45,929 nucleotides of DNA from Patescibacteria group bacterium (GTDB taxonomy: Archaea; Nanobdellota; Nanobdellia; Pacearchaeales; GW2011-AR1). A program made the position numbers and the translations under genes. Under the pieces are notes generated by a model. It was given only the letters and a program-made list of their open reading frames with translations. It did not search any database and was not told the origin of the DNA. The DNA is taken from the NCBI GenBank assembly GCA_051269935.1, contig JBNMFJ010000001.1:1-45929 (forward strand), given 5' to 3'. This document shows positions 16,728-25,841 of the stretch, piece after piece (the stretch's first letter is position 1; each line of letters opens with the position of its first letter).

Positions 16728-18106
16728 TTTCTTTAGAATCTGCTGTTGATGGACATTTGTTTAAAGAAGTTGTTTTAGGGGGTGAGTTTGAATCTGAATA
16801 TGCAAGTATGACATCTGAGAATTATGGGTTGAGTGATCTAATGGCTTATTCTTATTTGCAGTCTCATGTCTCACGGGCAAAGTCGTTAAGAGATGAGTCT
16901 GAGTCGGGACCATATAAAGTGGATTTTTCGGATCCTTATGGGACAGCTAAAGAAGTATTATCTCTGTTTGATACTGGAGTTGCTCTTTTGTCTCCTGTCT
17001 CAAGCGCTATGCAGAATATGGCTGTGTCTTCTGCTCAGGAATATATTTCACAGGAAATGCTGTTAGCTATAGATGAGCCCAGTAAAACTTTGGATGATTG
17101 TTGTGTATATGCTCTGATTGATTATTTTTATAGATCTTTGAAACCAGAGAGGCAGGATCATTTCTTGAGAACAGCAAATGGGAGAAATTTAGTTGATAAT
17201 TTGCAGAGGGTTTCTCTTCATCATGTGTATATGTCAGGGGTTAAGGAGTTTGCCAAGAAGAATATAGAATTGGCTGGTTATATTGCTGAATTAAGTAATG
17301 AATCTTATAAGTTTACTTCTAACGAGATTTCTCGGAATTCTTTGTTGGAGACTGAGAATTTGCAAGCTGTTCCAGCTGATATTGATATGTGGTTTAGTGC
17401 CGTGATGTCTGATAGAATTTCTTTGAGGGATGAGTTTCTTTCTAAGCGACATTCTCTATTATCTAATAAGATTGCTAAATATGATGATGATTTTGCTTTG
17501 TATTCTAAGAATTATGATATTGTTTCCCGGAGGGATTTGCCGACTGCAAAGGACATTACTATTTTATCTAGTAATAGTAAGGGTTTAGATGAGGAGGTTA
17601 CATTTTATTCGACATTAGGTGGTTATGATGATAAAATTAGTTCAAGGGCCAAATTACAACAAGGTATTACTTCTCGTTTAACTCAATATGAAATATATAA
17701 GAATAATATTGGGCGTGTTGTTAATTTTGAGAAACTATTAGATGTGAATATTGAGAAAAAAATGTTAGACTCAAAGAATCCTCTTGGTGCTCTTGGTAGT
17801 ATGATTGCTAATGTGAAACAGGAAAGATCTAATCTTTCATCTTTGCGTGTGAATCCTTATTTGAAGGCGGTAATATCTCCATTGGATGAGGCAACATTGA
17901 AATATTATCGAACTAGTGCTCAGGTTGTTGCTGATTTAGCTGTTGCTGTTTCTCAAAAATTTAATGAGGTAACAAATAAATATGAATCATTGCCATTTTA
18001 TAAAAAGCCATTTGGTTATTTTGCATATGATACTCAAAGTAATGAATTGATATCCTCTTTAGAAAGACTTGAAGATTTCTCAGATAAGATTCCCAAGAGC
18101 TTGTAG
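16709..18106 (+). CDS. hypothetical helical protein (465 aa), last tightly coupled operon member
   Basis: 19-nt overlap with the JAB gene; GGAGGG 11 nt upstream. No motif recognised. Confidence 0.65.
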   Translation: MERQRLVSLESAVDGHLFKEVVLGGEFESEYASMTSENYGLSDLMAYSYLQSHVSRAKSLRDESESGPYKVDFSDPYGTAKEVLSLFDTGVALLSPVSSAMQNMAVSSAQEYISQEMLLAIDEPSKTLDDCCVYALIDYFYRSLKPERQDHFLRTANGRNLVDNLQRVSLHHVYMSGVKEFAKKNIELAGYIAELSNESYKFTSNEISRNSLLETENLQAVPADIDMWFSAVMSDRISLRDEFLSKRHSLLSNKIAKYDDDFALYSKNYDIVSRRDLPTAKDITILSSNSKGLDEEVTFYSTLGGYDDKISSRAKLQQGITSRLTQYEIYKNNIGRVVNFEKLLDVNIEKKMLDSKNPLGALGSMIANVKQERSNLSSLRVNPYLKAVISPLDEATLKYYRTSAQVVADLAVAVSQKFNEVTNKYESLPFYKKPFGYFAYDTQSNELISSLERLEDFSDKIPKSL

Positions 18107-18140
18107 ATAAATTTATATATCTCTATTTTAGGATTATTTT

Positions 18141-18422
18141 ATGTTTGATAAATTAGAAAAATCATTAGAGGAAAAGGTTGTTAGTTGGAAGGTTGTTTCA
18201 AAAAATGAAATATATAGAAAGAGTGAAAATGGGAAAAGTACTTATAGAATTTGTTTGCAAAGTGAAGATATCCATATAGATGGAATGATTCGTTATAAGA
18301 AGGTTGATGAAGAGACTTATTCTATAACAAAAGTTCTCTCAATAGTAAATTATACAATGTATTCTAATAATAAAACATCTTGGTTTTTTGATGAAAAAAT
18401 GGCAAGAAAAAATAAAAAATAA
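18141..18422 (+). CDS. hypothetical small protein (93 aa)
   Basis: ORF track, same strand, 35 nt downstream of the operon. No motif. Confidence 0.4.
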   Translation: MFDKLEKSLEEKVVSWKVVSKNEIYRKSENGKSTYRICLQSEDIHIDGMIRYKKVDEETYSITKVLSIVNYTMYSNNKTSWFFDEKMARKNKK

Positions 18423-18446
18423 AAAAAGAGTAAGATCTAAATATTA

Positions 18447-18707
18447 TTAATATTTAGGGTTCTTGGAAGCTTTGAAAGTGAATGCCTTTCGTGCAGATAT
18501 TCTAATCTTAGCACCAGTTGCAGGGTTTACACCATTTCGTGCCTTTTTCTTTACTTCTTTAAAAGTTCCGAATCCGACTAATTGTACGGGTGCTTTCTTA
18601 GCGTTTTTATATACAGTCTTTAAAACTGATTCTAAAACTTCACCAGCTTTTGCCTTAGTTAGGCCTGTGTCTTTTACGACAGCTTCGATTAATTGAGCTT
18701 TATTCAT
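18447..18707 (-). CDS. HU/IHF-family (bacterial-type) DNA-binding protein
   Basis: MNKAQLIEAVV...GFGTFKEVKKKARNGVNPATGAKIRISARKAFTFKAS. Typical HU length (86 aa), with the arm motif R-x-G-x-NP-x-TG. Confidence 0.9.
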   Translation of the reverse strand: MNKAQLIEAVVKDTGLTKAKAGEVLESVLKTVYKNAKKAPVQLVGFGTFKEVKKKARNGVNPATGAKIRISARKAFTFKASKNPKY

Positions 18708-18861
18708 TGTGTGTCATCCTCCCTTCTGAAGCTATAATGAATAAATCTCTTTATAAATATTGCTTACACTTTTGATCAAAATGTCTTTTTATTTGTTGAA
18801 TAATGTTTTTTTGATATTCCTCAAGGGATATACTTATAAATAAATTATCTATCAAAAAAAT

Positions 18862-19518
18862 ATGCCAATACATCAAAATGAAAAATATGCGGTAAAATGT
18901 GTATATAGATTAATTCCAGAGGATGATTCCTTAAGTGGGTTCTTAAAAATTGATACAGAGAAGATAATCCCAGGAAGATCTCAAGTGAGGAAAACACTCG
19001 ATAATGTTTCTTTTCCTATTACGTTACATAGAGAAGGAGGTTTAGAAGTTAATCAAAGTGGGTATTATATCGGGACTTCTGATTCTTTAGTTGAGTATTT
19101 TGAAAGATATACAGCAGCTCAAATAGTTATTGATGGAAATTATAATGGAAGAAATAAGCAAGAAGCTACTTCAAAAAATGGATCTGCAAAATATCTTGTT
19201 CCATTGGAAACATATAAGCTGACGGCAAATAAGGAGTCATTTCTACCTTTTATCTATAATGGATTATTAGAAAAGAGACATACGCTTGATTTGAATTTAA
19301 TGGAATTTACTATTGGATATATGTCTTCTCAACTAGGGGCGAGAATGCTCAATCCATTCCCTTTTACTTTTACAGATGTGGTTAAGGAAAGAGGTTCTTT
19401 TTACGGAGGATCATTTAGATTTATAACATCAGGATCTATGAATTTACCTGAATCAAAAATTTGGGAAATTCCTTTAGATGAGTTGTCTGAAGATATGAAA
19501 GAATATTGGAAAACTTAA
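18862..19518 (+). CDS. hypothetical protein (218 aa)
   Basis: ORF track; no motif recognised. Confidence 0.5.
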   Translation: MPIHQNEKYAVKCVYRLIPEDDSLSGFLKIDTEKIIPGRSQVRKTLDNVSFPITLHREGGLEVNQSGYYIGTSDSLVEYFERYTAAQIVIDGNYNGRNKQEATSKNGSAKYLVPLETYKLTANKESFLPFIYNGLLEKRHTLDLNLMEFTIGYMSSQLGARMLNPFPFTFTDVVKERGSFYGGSFRFITSGSMNLPESKIWEIPLDELSEDMKEYWKT

Positions 19519-19525
19519 CAATGAT

Positions 19526-21112
19526 TTATTTGTTGAATAATGATTTCTTTCGTAATAATCTGTTGTAGGTTATTGCGAATCTGTGGGCTTCGTCTCTAAT
19601 TTGCTGAAGTAAAAGTCTTCCTTTGTTCTTGTCTGAGAGTCGGATTGCTTCTGAACTTCCTGGTACAAATATTTCCTCGAATTGTTTAGCGAGGCTGATT
19701 ATTGGAATTTTTAGGTTAAGTGAGTCCAGAGCTTTGAGGGCTGCGTTGAGTTGGCCGATTCCTCCGTCAATGATTATGAGGTTTGGGAGTGATAGATTTT
19801 CATTTTTAAGTTTGGTATATCTTCTTTTTACGACTTCTTCCATTGATGCGAAGTCGTCGTTTTGGAATACTGTTTTCATCTTGAATCTTCTATAATTGCT
19901 TTTATCGGGTTTTCCGTTTCTGAATTGAACCATTGATGCGACTATGTGAGTTCCTGATAGGTGAGAGATGTCGAAACATTCCATTACGATTGGAAGCTCT
20001 TGGAGGTTTAATCTGTTTTGTAATATTTCTAGTTTTTCTGTTTCAGCAAAGAATGCTATTTCAATGTTCTTTTCAACAAGATCTAATAGGGCCTTTTTTT
20101 CTCCTATTTTGGGAACTATTGTTTCGACTTTTGTTTTGTATTTATGGGTTAGATATTTTGCAATTATCGGACTTACTTGTTTTGGGATAATTATGTATTT
20201 TGCTTGTTTGTCTTTTGGTATTGTTGTTTCTGAATAGTATTGGGCTAGGAAGTCTTCTAAAAAGTTTTCCCTTTCTTCGAATATAAACTCTTGTTTGTTC
20301 TCGAGGGTTCCTCTGTAGATGTTAAATATGAGGAGGTATACCTTTCCTTTTTTGACAATGTAGTTAATTATGTCTTCGTTATATTTTTTGTCTCGTATTA
20401 CGTTTTGTTGTTCGTTGAGATAATCTAAGGAGTTGATTTGGCTTCTATATTGTAGGGCTCTTTCGAAGTCTTGTTTTTTTGATGCTTTTTGCATTTTTTC
20501 TTTTAGCATCTTTATTACATCTGCACTTTTCCCTTTGAGGACTTTTTTGGCGGAATTTACATCTTCATTATAATCTTCTTCTGATATGGCTTTAATGCAT
20601 GGTGCACTGCAGAGATTGATGGCATGTCTGAGGCAGGCTTTCTTGGGCAGTTTTCTACATGTTCGGAGTTTGAAAGCTTTATTGATTACTTGGAGGATAT
20701 CATCTCGTGCTCGTGCTGAGGTGAATGGTCCGAATCTGTATGTGTTTTTTGTGTGTAATCTTGAGATTAGGAATCGTGGGTATTTTTCTTTTGTGAGGTC
20801 TATATATGCATAGGATTTTGAATCTCTTAGGCTGATGTTATATTTTGGTTTATGTTTTTTGATTAATGTGTTTTCGAGCATAAGGGCTTCTATCTCATTT
20901 TTGGTTATCATGAAGTCGACGGATTTTATGTGTCTTACTAAGACTTTTGTTTTTTCGTCATGATCATTTTTGGTGAAGTAGGAAGTTACTCGCTTTTTGA
21001 GGTTTTTGGCTTTTCCTACATAGATTATATTTCCTGAAGAATCTTTGTAGAGGTAGCAGCCTGGCTCTGTTGATACGGTGGTTAGGTCGATTGGGTGGGT
21101 TTTGGCTGCTAT
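19526..21112 (-). CDS. uvrC: excinuclease ABC subunit C (UvrC). GIY-YIG domain lies upstream of the ORF-track ATG, and the start codon is not canonical.
   Basis: ORF track part carries the UvrC core and C-terminal (HhH)2-like end. The same frame stays open to 21124 and encodes EPGCYLYKDSSGNIIYVGKAKNLKKRVTSYF (GIY-YIG). No ATG/GTG/TTG between 20912 and the in-frame stop at 21125-21127, so the 5' end is set provisionally at ATA 21110-21112. Confidence 0.8.
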   Translation of the reverse strand: MAAKTHPIDLTTVSTEPGCYLYKDSSGNIIYVGKAKNLKKRVTSYFTKNDHDEKTKVLVRHIKSVDFMITKNEIEALMLENTLIKKHKPKYNISLRDSKSYAYIDLTKEKYPRFLISRLHTKNTYRFGPFTSARARDDILQVINKAFKLRTCRKLPKKACLRHAINLCSAPCIKAISEEDYNEDVNSAKKVLKGKSADVIKMLKEKMQKASKKQDFERALQYRSQINSLDYLNEQQNVIRDKKYNEDIINYIVKKGKVYLLIFNIYRGTLENKQEFIFEERENFLEDFLAQYYSETTIPKDKQAKYIIIPKQVSPIIAKYLTHKYKTKVETIVPKIGEKKALLDLVEKNIEIAFFAETEKLEILQNRLNLQELPIVMECFDISHLSGTHIVASMVQFRNGKPDKSNYRRFKMKTVFQNDDFASMEEVVKRRYTKLKNENLSLPNLIIIDGGIGQLNAALKALDSLNLKIPIISLAKQFEEIFVPGSSEAIRLSDKNKGRLLLQQIRDEAHRFAITYNRLLRKKSLFNK

Positions 21113-21186
21113 AGAAAGTGAACGCTAGTGAGGTTTTTATGGGTTTAGATGGGAAGATGGGTGCTAAAAAGGTTTTTGAGGGAGTG

Positions 21187-22140
21187 TTATTGTTGCATAA
21201 AATTGTTAGGAAGATATTGTTTTTTATGAACTTTCTCGCTTTTGAACGTCATATAACTTTGGATAGAGAAGTGGGCTCTTATCTCTTTGATTAATTCTAT
21301 TTCTTTGAGATCTTCTATTTTAATCATAACTTGAGATGAACCAATAAGTTTAGTCATTTCTATTATGTTTTTTTGCTCCTTTGCATATTCTATAAATGAT
21401 TCAATTTCTTCAAGTCCACTACTTGAGAATCTCAGAAATACTATATTCCTTCGAATTCCCAATTTATTATGATTAAAAATGGCACCATAACCTTTAATTA
21501 TAAATTTTTTTTCTAAATCCTTAATTATTCTTGTAATGCTCTTTCTATTTATTCCTGTTGTTTCTTCTATCTCATAAGTTTTTTTTACTGGGTCTTTGAT
21601 CAACTCACTAATTATTTTTGATTCATTCTCAGAAATCTTCTTTAAAATTCTATCCCCGGATAATATCTTAGTTTTTATTATTTTCTCCTTTTTTAAATAT
21701 TTTCTAGGAAACTTATATGTTGTTATGATTGGGAAAATAAATACTGTGTTTAGTTGTTCTTTGAATTCATTTAATATTTGCATATGAATTTTGTCTAATC
21801 CAGCTAATGTTTTTGTGCAGAATTCAATAAGTAGGTCAAAACCTTCAGAAGATTCCTCTATTGCGATTACTTCAGGTATACTATCTAGATGACTTAGAAC
21901 TCTCTTTTTTAGGCTTATACTTAATTTGTTATAATTAAACCCAATTATAGTGTTTATGTATCCTAACTTAACCGCGTCAATTATTACAGTTTCCTTTTCA
22001 ATCATTCCCTTTTCCTTTAAAGTGCTTATTAGGTATGAGGCTGATTGCTGTGATGAATATATTCTTTTCCCTAATTCTTTTGTGGTTATTCGGGCATTAC
22101 TAGTATACTCGAATATTAATTTTTTTAACTTTTCTTTCAT
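21187..22140 (-). CDS. transcriptional regulator with two Lrp/AsnC-type winged-HTH modules
   Basis: ARITTKELGKRIYSSQQSASYLISTLKEKGMI and KTYEIEETTGINRKSITRIIKDLEKKFII, each followed by ...KLGY/KLG as in AsnC-type HTH. Divergent from the racemase operon. Confidence 0.55.
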   Translation of the reverse strand: MKEKLKKLIFEYTSNARITTKELGKRIYSSQQSASYLISTLKEKGMIEKETVIIDAVKLGYINTIIGFNYNKLSISLKKRVLSHLDSIPEVIAIEESSEGFDLLIEFCTKTLAGLDKIHMQILNEFKEQLNTVFIFPIITTYKFPRKYLKKEKIIKTKILSGDRILKKISENESKIISELIKDPVKKTYEIEETTGINRKSITRIIKDLEKKFIIKGYGAIFNHNKLGIRRNIVFLRFSSSGLEEIESFIEYAKEQKNIIEMTKLIGSSQVMIKIEDLKEIELIKEIRAHFSIQSYMTFKSEKVHKKQYLPNNFMQQ

Positions 22141-22266
22141 TTTTTGTAGAATGTGTCAATGGTATATAAATATATCGTTTTCTACGGTAATTCTCTTAAA
22201 TTGTTTTAATATATTTTTTTCTTGAAGTAATTATATAATGGTAATAAAATTAATAGGAATAATGAT

Positions 22267-23055
22267 ATGGTACTAGGAATAGTTGGAGGCGTTGGCCCGG
22301 AAGCAACGAATAAGTTCTGTGAAATGATAATTAAGAAGAAAAAAAAGTCATGTGATCAAGATAATATTCCATTTATTCACTTTTGTAATCCTAAGATCCC
22401 GGATAGAACTGAATATATAATGGGAAAGGGAGAAGATCCAGTACCGGAGATTGTTAAAACATGCCATTTGCTGGAATCGATGAATGTGAAGATGTTAGTC
22501 ATTCCTTGTAATACTGCTCATGTTTTCTTTGATAGGATTCAATCTCAAGTATCTACTCCTATTGTAAACATGGTTGATTTACTGATTAAGGAAATAAGAG
22601 GAAAACAACCTCCGATTACAAAAGTTGGAGTTCTGGCTACTTCTGGAAGTATTCATTCAAACCTATTCCGTAACTATTTGTCCAAATCTGGAATTGAAGC
22701 AGTTTATCCTTCTTCTGAAGATCAAGAATCTTTGGTAATGGAAGCAATATATGGTAAGAATGGTATTAAGGCTGGGAAAAAGAGGCTCCCTCAAAAACTA
22801 TTATCTGAGGCGGTTAATAATTTAATTAGTCAAGGTGCCGAAGCAATTATCTTAGGATGTACTGAATTACCGTTAGTTTTGAGAACAAGCCATTTCCCTA
22901 TACCACTATATGATTCAATGGATATAACTGCAAAGAGAATAGTTGAATATTTGGATATTGCTCAAGAAATGATTGAGGAAGAGGCGGAAACTGTTTTTCA
23001 TCAAAATTTTAAGTATGATTATTTCCCAACTAAAATTATTGAGGAAAAAATATGA
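22267..23055 (+). CDS. aspartate/glutamate-type amino-acid racemase
   Basis: GIVGGVGPEAT, IPCNTAH and LGCTELP (the two catalytic Cys motifs of the Asp/Glu/hydantoin racemase family). Confidence 0.8.
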   Translation: MVLGIVGGVGPEATNKFCEMIIKKKKKSCDQDNIPFIHFCNPKIPDRTEYIMGKGEDPVPEIVKTCHLLESMNVKMLVIPCNTAHVFFDRIQSQVSTPIVNMVDLLIKEIRGKQPPITKVGVLATSGSIHSNLFRNYLSKSGIEAVYPSSEDQESLVMEAIYGKNGIKAGKKRLPQKLLSEAVNNLISQGAEAIILGCTELPLVLRTSHFPIPLYDSMDITAKRIVEYLDIAQEMIEEEAETVFHQNFKYDYFPTKIIEEKI

Positions 23056-23939
23056 AAATTGCAATTTTGCATCATGATTTAGAGCATCAAGAAGAATACT
23101 TATCTACTACATTTAAAGAAAATGGCTTTGATGTAACCTTGATGGATGTTCGAGAAATTTCTATTGATGACTTAAGAGGATATGATACAGTTATTAATAG
23201 AGTTTTTGCGAGTGTCGCTAATAGGGATCCCGCTTCAAATAATAAAACAATGATGTTGTTAAAAGAATTTGAAGAAAAAGGTGGAAATGCAATTAACTCT
23301 TACTTTACTACAAAATGTGACTATAGCAAATATCTTTCACAAGAAATAATGAATAATGAAGGAATATTAAATCCGGAAAGTTATTTAGTAAAAACTCAAG
23401 AAGATATTGAAAATTTAAGAGAATTTACTGAAGAAATTGGCTTTCCAATTGTTATTAAGAGAGATATGGGAGGAAGAGCTGTAGAAATATTTAAAGTTGA
23501 CACTATTGCTGAATCTGAGTCTATATTAAAGGATAAGATAAATAACTCTACAAACTATTCCCAAGGATATATTGTCCAAAAGTTTATCCCATCAATATTG
23601 TCTCATGATTATAGGATATCTCTGATAAATGGAGAAATAATATCTGGTTCTACACGTTCATTGATTACAAAGAATGATAATGAGGAGCCTTGGTTTGCAA
23701 GTGTTAGTAGTGGTTCAGTAATTGAACATCTTAACATTATTCCAAAGGAGATTGAAGATATTGCCATTAGATCGACTAAAGCCATTAAGGCAGTTCTTAA
23801 TGAAGTTGATATTATTATGGGAGAAGATGGCCCTGTTATCATAGAGAATAATCCAACTCCTAACTTTACTGCCACATCAAAAGTGAGCCAGGAAAAGAAA
23901 GAATTAATGACAGCTAAATTAATTGAGATGATTGCATAA
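23052..23939 (+). CDS. ATP-grasp ligase (RimK/LysX-like)
   Basis: GFPIVIKRDMGGRAVEIFKV, YIVQKFI, DYRISLINGE, NEVDIIMGEDGPVIIENNPTPNF. ATGA overlap with the racemase gene. Confidence 0.8.
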   Translation: MKIAILHHDLEHQEEYLSTTFKENGFDVTLMDVREISIDDLRGYDTVINRVFASVANRDPASNNKTMMLLKEFEEKGGNAINSYFTTKCDYSKYLSQEIMNNEGILNPESYLVKTQEDIENLREFTEEIGFPIVIKRDMGGRAVEIFKVDTIAESESILKDKINNSTNYSQGYIVQKFIPSILSHDYRISLINGEIISGSTRSLITKNDNEEPWFASVSSGSVIEHLNIIPKEIEDIAIRSTKAIKAVLNEVDIIMGEDGPVIIENNPTPNFTATSKVSQEKKELMTAKLIEMIA

Positions 23940-24918
23940 TATGTATTATCGTCTTGGGCTTGCTGGGAATATTAATGTAGATAAAGGAGAAGTACTAGTT
24001 CCTGATATGCGAAGATTTGCTAATTATACATTGGATCAGGGGCGTAATACCGTAGTTTTTGATTGGAAAAATGTGAATGATGATCTAACTGTTTCGAAGT
24101 ATCTGATTTCTGATGGTAGTACTTTTAATGGTATAAATTCACCAGCTTCTTTAGAAGAATTATGTGATTGCGTATTTTTGAAACAATTAGGAAGCATAGC
24201 TTCTGATTCTCAAAAATTTGTAACTCTTCTTACTAATTTGAGAGATAATTATTCGGGTGTAGTTGTTAATGATCCAGATACATCCCTTGATAACCTTTCT
24301 AAAAAATATTTATTTAGATTAGCTGAAAAAGGGTTTCCTGTTATACCTACATTACATCTTTCCCCTACAGCTAAATATAATGAAATTAGTGGATTGTGTA
24401 AAGATTCTTTAAAAGGTATTAATACAAATGAATATGTTCTAAAAAGTCTTGAATTTGGTGAAGGAGGTAATTCTGTTCGTTTGAATTCAAGTTTTAAAAA
24501 TCAAGATGAGTTCAGTGTTTACCAAGATTTACATTCTCCCTTAATAGCCCAACCAATGATATCTGGAATTTTTGAAGGGGAAGTTTCATTAATATTTTTG
24601 GGAGATGATTATTCACATGCACTTCGTAAAAAGTCGAATGATTTTAGGATAAATGATTCCTTTAGTCCTTCCTATTCTTCATTTAATCCATCTTCTTCAC
24701 TTAAATCTTTGTCTTTAGATGCATTAAAAACATTGTACCCTTCTTATACTAACTCCTTTAGCCGAGTAGATTTAATACCTCATGATGACAATTATTTGAT
24801 TTCTGAAGTTGAAATTGTTAATCCATCATTTTATTTGGATGAATTAAAAAACTGGGAAGAATTTAATACTCTCCTTTTGAATTTTTTGGACTCTGTATAT
24901 GAAGGGGCAACTAAATGA
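23932..24918 (+). CDS. ATP-grasp-like ligase (divergent)
   Basis: NLSKKYLFRLAEKGFPVIPT, YVLKSLEFGEGGNSVRL, IAQPMISG...GEVSLIFLGDDYSHALRK, SRVDLI...YLISEVEIVNPSF. Overlaps the neighbours on both sides. Confidence 0.55.
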   Translation: MHNMYYRLGLAGNINVDKGEVLVPDMRRFANYTLDQGRNTVVFDWKNVNDDLTVSKYLISDGSTFNGINSPASLEELCDCVFLKQLGSIASDSQKFVTLLTNLRDNYSGVVVNDPDTSLDNLSKKYLFRLAEKGFPVIPTLHLSPTAKYNEISGLCKDSLKGINTNEYVLKSLEFGEGGNSVRLNSSFKNQDEFSVYQDLHSPLIAQPMISGIFEGEVSLIFLGDDYSHALRKKSNDFRINDSFSPSYSSFNPSSSLKSLSLDALKTLYPSYTNSFSRVDLIPHDDNYLISEVEIVNPSFYLDELKNWEEFNTLLLNFLDSVYEGATK

Positions 24919-25841
24919 AGACCCTTGTACTAGATACACCTGGATTAATGGATGAATTTTCTTATAGGTATTCTACTTGGTTTGACGTTTTTGGAGAAGT
25001 TGGAATTGTATCTCCTGAAGATCTAGTATCTAGAATCTCAGGTCAAGATAAACTTGATGTTTCTTATGTAGATTCATCTGGAAATATTGTTACTAAATAT
25101 AATGAAGAGTTATCTTGTGATCTTTTTATTGCTAGAGAATTTTCTTATTCATTTGGTGAATTACCAAATTTATCTAGGATTGATAATACTATGACTTATT
25201 TAGAATCATTGCGTGAAGCCGGTAAGATTAATACCTTAATTAATTCTCGTGCTGGGACTATGGCTCAAAAAGATAAACTTACTGATATAGATCTTGTTAA
25301 TTCATTAGATATTAATGCCCCGAATATGTATCATTTTGATACTTATGAAGAACTAGCTTCTTTTATGGGAGGAAATTCAGGAAATTATGTTGTAAAACAT
25401 AGATTTGGTGCTGATAGTTTTGATATCTCTCAATTGAATGAATCGAATTTAGGAAATTATGTGGGTAAGGATTTGAATAATTATGTAGTATGTGATGAGT
25501 TGGATATTAGTTATGAATCACGAATTATTATGTTTAATGGCGAATATTTAGGAGCTCGTCAAATTATAGATCGGACTAGACCCTGGGAAGAAAAAGGAAA
25601 TGGAAGGAAACATGAAGTAAAATCATATACTCCATCTGATAATTTAATTGAGAAAAGTGCTCAGGTAATGAATCGCTCAGATATTGCTTTAGGTTGTGTT
25701 GATTGGGTTGGGGTGGAGGGCACTTCTGATATATTTTATCTTGAGACTAATGGAGCTGCAACAGGGTATGGGTATCCAGGATCCATATATGATTTAAATA
25801 GGAGTGTTGCTTTACATTTGCGTGAATATGCAAAACAATAA
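24915..25841 (+). CDS. ATP-grasp-like ligase (divergent)
   Basis: NYVVKHRFGADSFDISQL, YVVCDELDISYESRIIMFNGEYLGARQI, GCVDWVGV...IFYLETNGA. Confidence 0.6.
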   Translation: MKTLVLDTPGLMDEFSYRYSTWFDVFGEVGIVSPEDLVSRISGQDKLDVSYVDSSGNIVTKYNEELSCDLFIAREFSYSFGELPNLSRIDNTMTYLESLREAGKINTLINSRAGTMAQKDKLTDIDLVNSLDINAPNMYHFDTYEELASFMGGNSGNYVVKHRFGADSFDISQLNESNLGNYVGKDLNNYVVCDELDISYESRIIMFNGEYLGARQIIDRTRPWEEKGNGRKHEVKSYTPSDNLIEKSAQVMNRSDIALGCVDWVGVEGTSDIFYLETNGAATGYGYPGSIYDLNRSVALHLREYAKQ

